Made by a program: the position numbers and the translations under genes. The notes under the pieces were generated by a model. The model worked only from the letters and a program-made list of their open reading frames with translations. It was not told the origin of the DNA and did no database searches. 64,000 nucleotides of DNA from an uncultured Verrucomicrobiae bacterium (GTDB lineage Bacteria > Verrucomicrobiota > Verrucomicrobiia > Chthoniobacterales > UBA10450): positions 320,001 through 384,000 of the forward strand of contig CAWDGJ010000002.1 of assembly GCA_963801815.1 (NCBI GenBank), written 5' to 3'. Shown here in pieces: positions 62,939 to 64,000 of the stretch; positions within the stretch are counted from its first letter, which is position 1, and the number at the start of each line of letters is the position of its first letter.

Positions 62939-64000
62939 TCAGCCGCCGAAGGCGCTGATTCCAGTAATGTCCCGGCCGATCGCCAACGTATGAACGTCGT
63001 GCGTCCCTTCGTATGTATAAACACTTTCGAGATTCATCATGTGACGAATGACCGGATATTTATCCGTGATTCCGGCTGCACCCAAAATGTCGCGCGCTTT
63101 CCGGGCGCATTCGAGCGCCATCCGGGCATTGTTGCGCTTCGCGAGTGAAATTTGTTCGGGCCGCGCAGTGCCCGCTTCCATCATCCGAGTGAGGCGCAGG
63201 GCCAGCAATTGTGCCTTGGTGATTTCGTTCACCATCCAAACCAGTTTCTCCTGCACTAGCTGAAAACTCGCAATTGCTTTCTCGAACTGCTTTCTCGATT
63301 TTGCGTAAGCCAGCGCGGTTTCGTAGCAATCAATCGACGCACCAATCACGCCCCAGGTGATGCTCGTCCGCGCCTGCGACAAACACGATAACGGCGCGCG
63401 CAGTCCGACTGCTTTCGGCAAACGGTTCCCGATTGGGATCCTGCAATTCTCGAACCAGCATTCTGATGTCCGCGACATGCGAAGACTAAATTTTCCTTCG
63501 ATGTCCTGGGCACGGAATCCCGGCGTATCTTTCTCGACAATGAATCCGCCAACCTTACCGTCGTCCGCTTTTGCCCAAACAACTTTTACGTCAGCGATCG
63601 ACGCATTGCCGATCCAACATTTGCTGCCGTTCAAGATGTAATAATCCCCGTCGCGAGTCGCGCGCGTTTCCATACCGGCCGGATCCGAGCCGTGTCCATG
63701 TTCGGTCAACGCAAAACAGCCGATGCTCTTTCCAGACACCAAACCGGGCAACCAACGTTCCTGTTGTTCTAGCGTCCCAAAAGAATGGATCGCGTGAATG
63801 GTAAGCGCGCCCTGAACCGACGCCAACGAACGCAGACCGGAATCGCCGCGTTCGAGCTCTTGCATCATCAAGCCGAACGCGGTGTAGCTCACGCCGGCAC
63901 AACCGTGCTCTTTTAAGTACGGCGCGAAAAATCCCAGCTCACCCATTCGCGGAATGAGCTGGTCTGGAAATTTTCCCGCGCGATGACACGGGACGATCTC
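62939..64000 (-). CDS. Acyl-CoA dehydrogenase, glutaryl-CoA dehydrogenase-like (5'-truncated by window edge)
   Basis: ELER.DSG.RS..SVQ, GCF.LTE..HGSDP, RKQF, YTYEGT.DVH.L..GR.ITG. Confidence 0.93.
   Translation of the reverse strand, partial: EIVPCHRAGKFPDQLIPRMGELGFFAPYLKEHGCAGVSYTAFGLMMQELERGDSGLRSLASVQGALTIHAIHSFGTLEQQERWLPGLVSGKSIGCFALTEHGHGSDPAGMETRATRDGDYYILNGSKCWIGNASIADVKVVWAKADDGKVGGFIVEKDTPGFRAQDIEGKFSLRMSRTSECWFENCRIPIGNRLPKAVGLRAPLSCLSQARTSITWGVIGASIDCYETALAYAKSRKQFEKAIASFQLVQEKLVWMVNEITKAQLLALRLTRMMEAGTARPEQISLAKRNNARMALECARKARDILGAAGITDKYPVIRHMMNLESVYTYEGTHDVHTLAIGRDITGISAFGG

Overview
A GC-rich bacterial chromosomal segment, most likely Verrucomicrobiota (Chthoniobacterales-like). 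This is an inference from the Minf_1886-type gene, the L33/S18 forms and the integrase remnant style. It is mostly housekeeping: pheT 3' part, a 6S RNA, carA, Lhr helicase, mlaEFD, topoisomerase IB, M16 protease, mfd-surA-pdxA, MacAB-like exporter, dksA-rpmG-rpsR and sppA-CPBP-thiL-tsaE-tsaB-alr. About 17 kb at the right end is an acyl-CoA catabolic region (prpDBC, fused CoA-transferase, a naturally split IcmF-like B12 mutase, SCP2-type thiolase, acyl-CoA dehydrogenase). Three things stand out. (1) A 3.2-kb islet is integrated at tRNA-Arg(TCT) with the 5' half of the tRNA duplicated. The intact tRNA has lost its native promoter and appears to be driven by a promoter on the antisense strand of a tiny integrase remnant. 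The cargo is an HTTM/gamma-carboxylase-like membrane protein, a partner protein and a beta-barrel. (2) Many families of palindromic and tandem repeats are present, several inserted in-frame into essential genes (tsaB twice, mfd, meaB-like, thiL). (3) Two unexplained micro-elements occur: a 27-bp AACTTGA-N13-TCAAGTT palindrome read as N-L-x5-Q-V in two unrelated genes, and an ~18-bp element nested inside other repeats. All family assignments come from motif recognition; no database searches were run.
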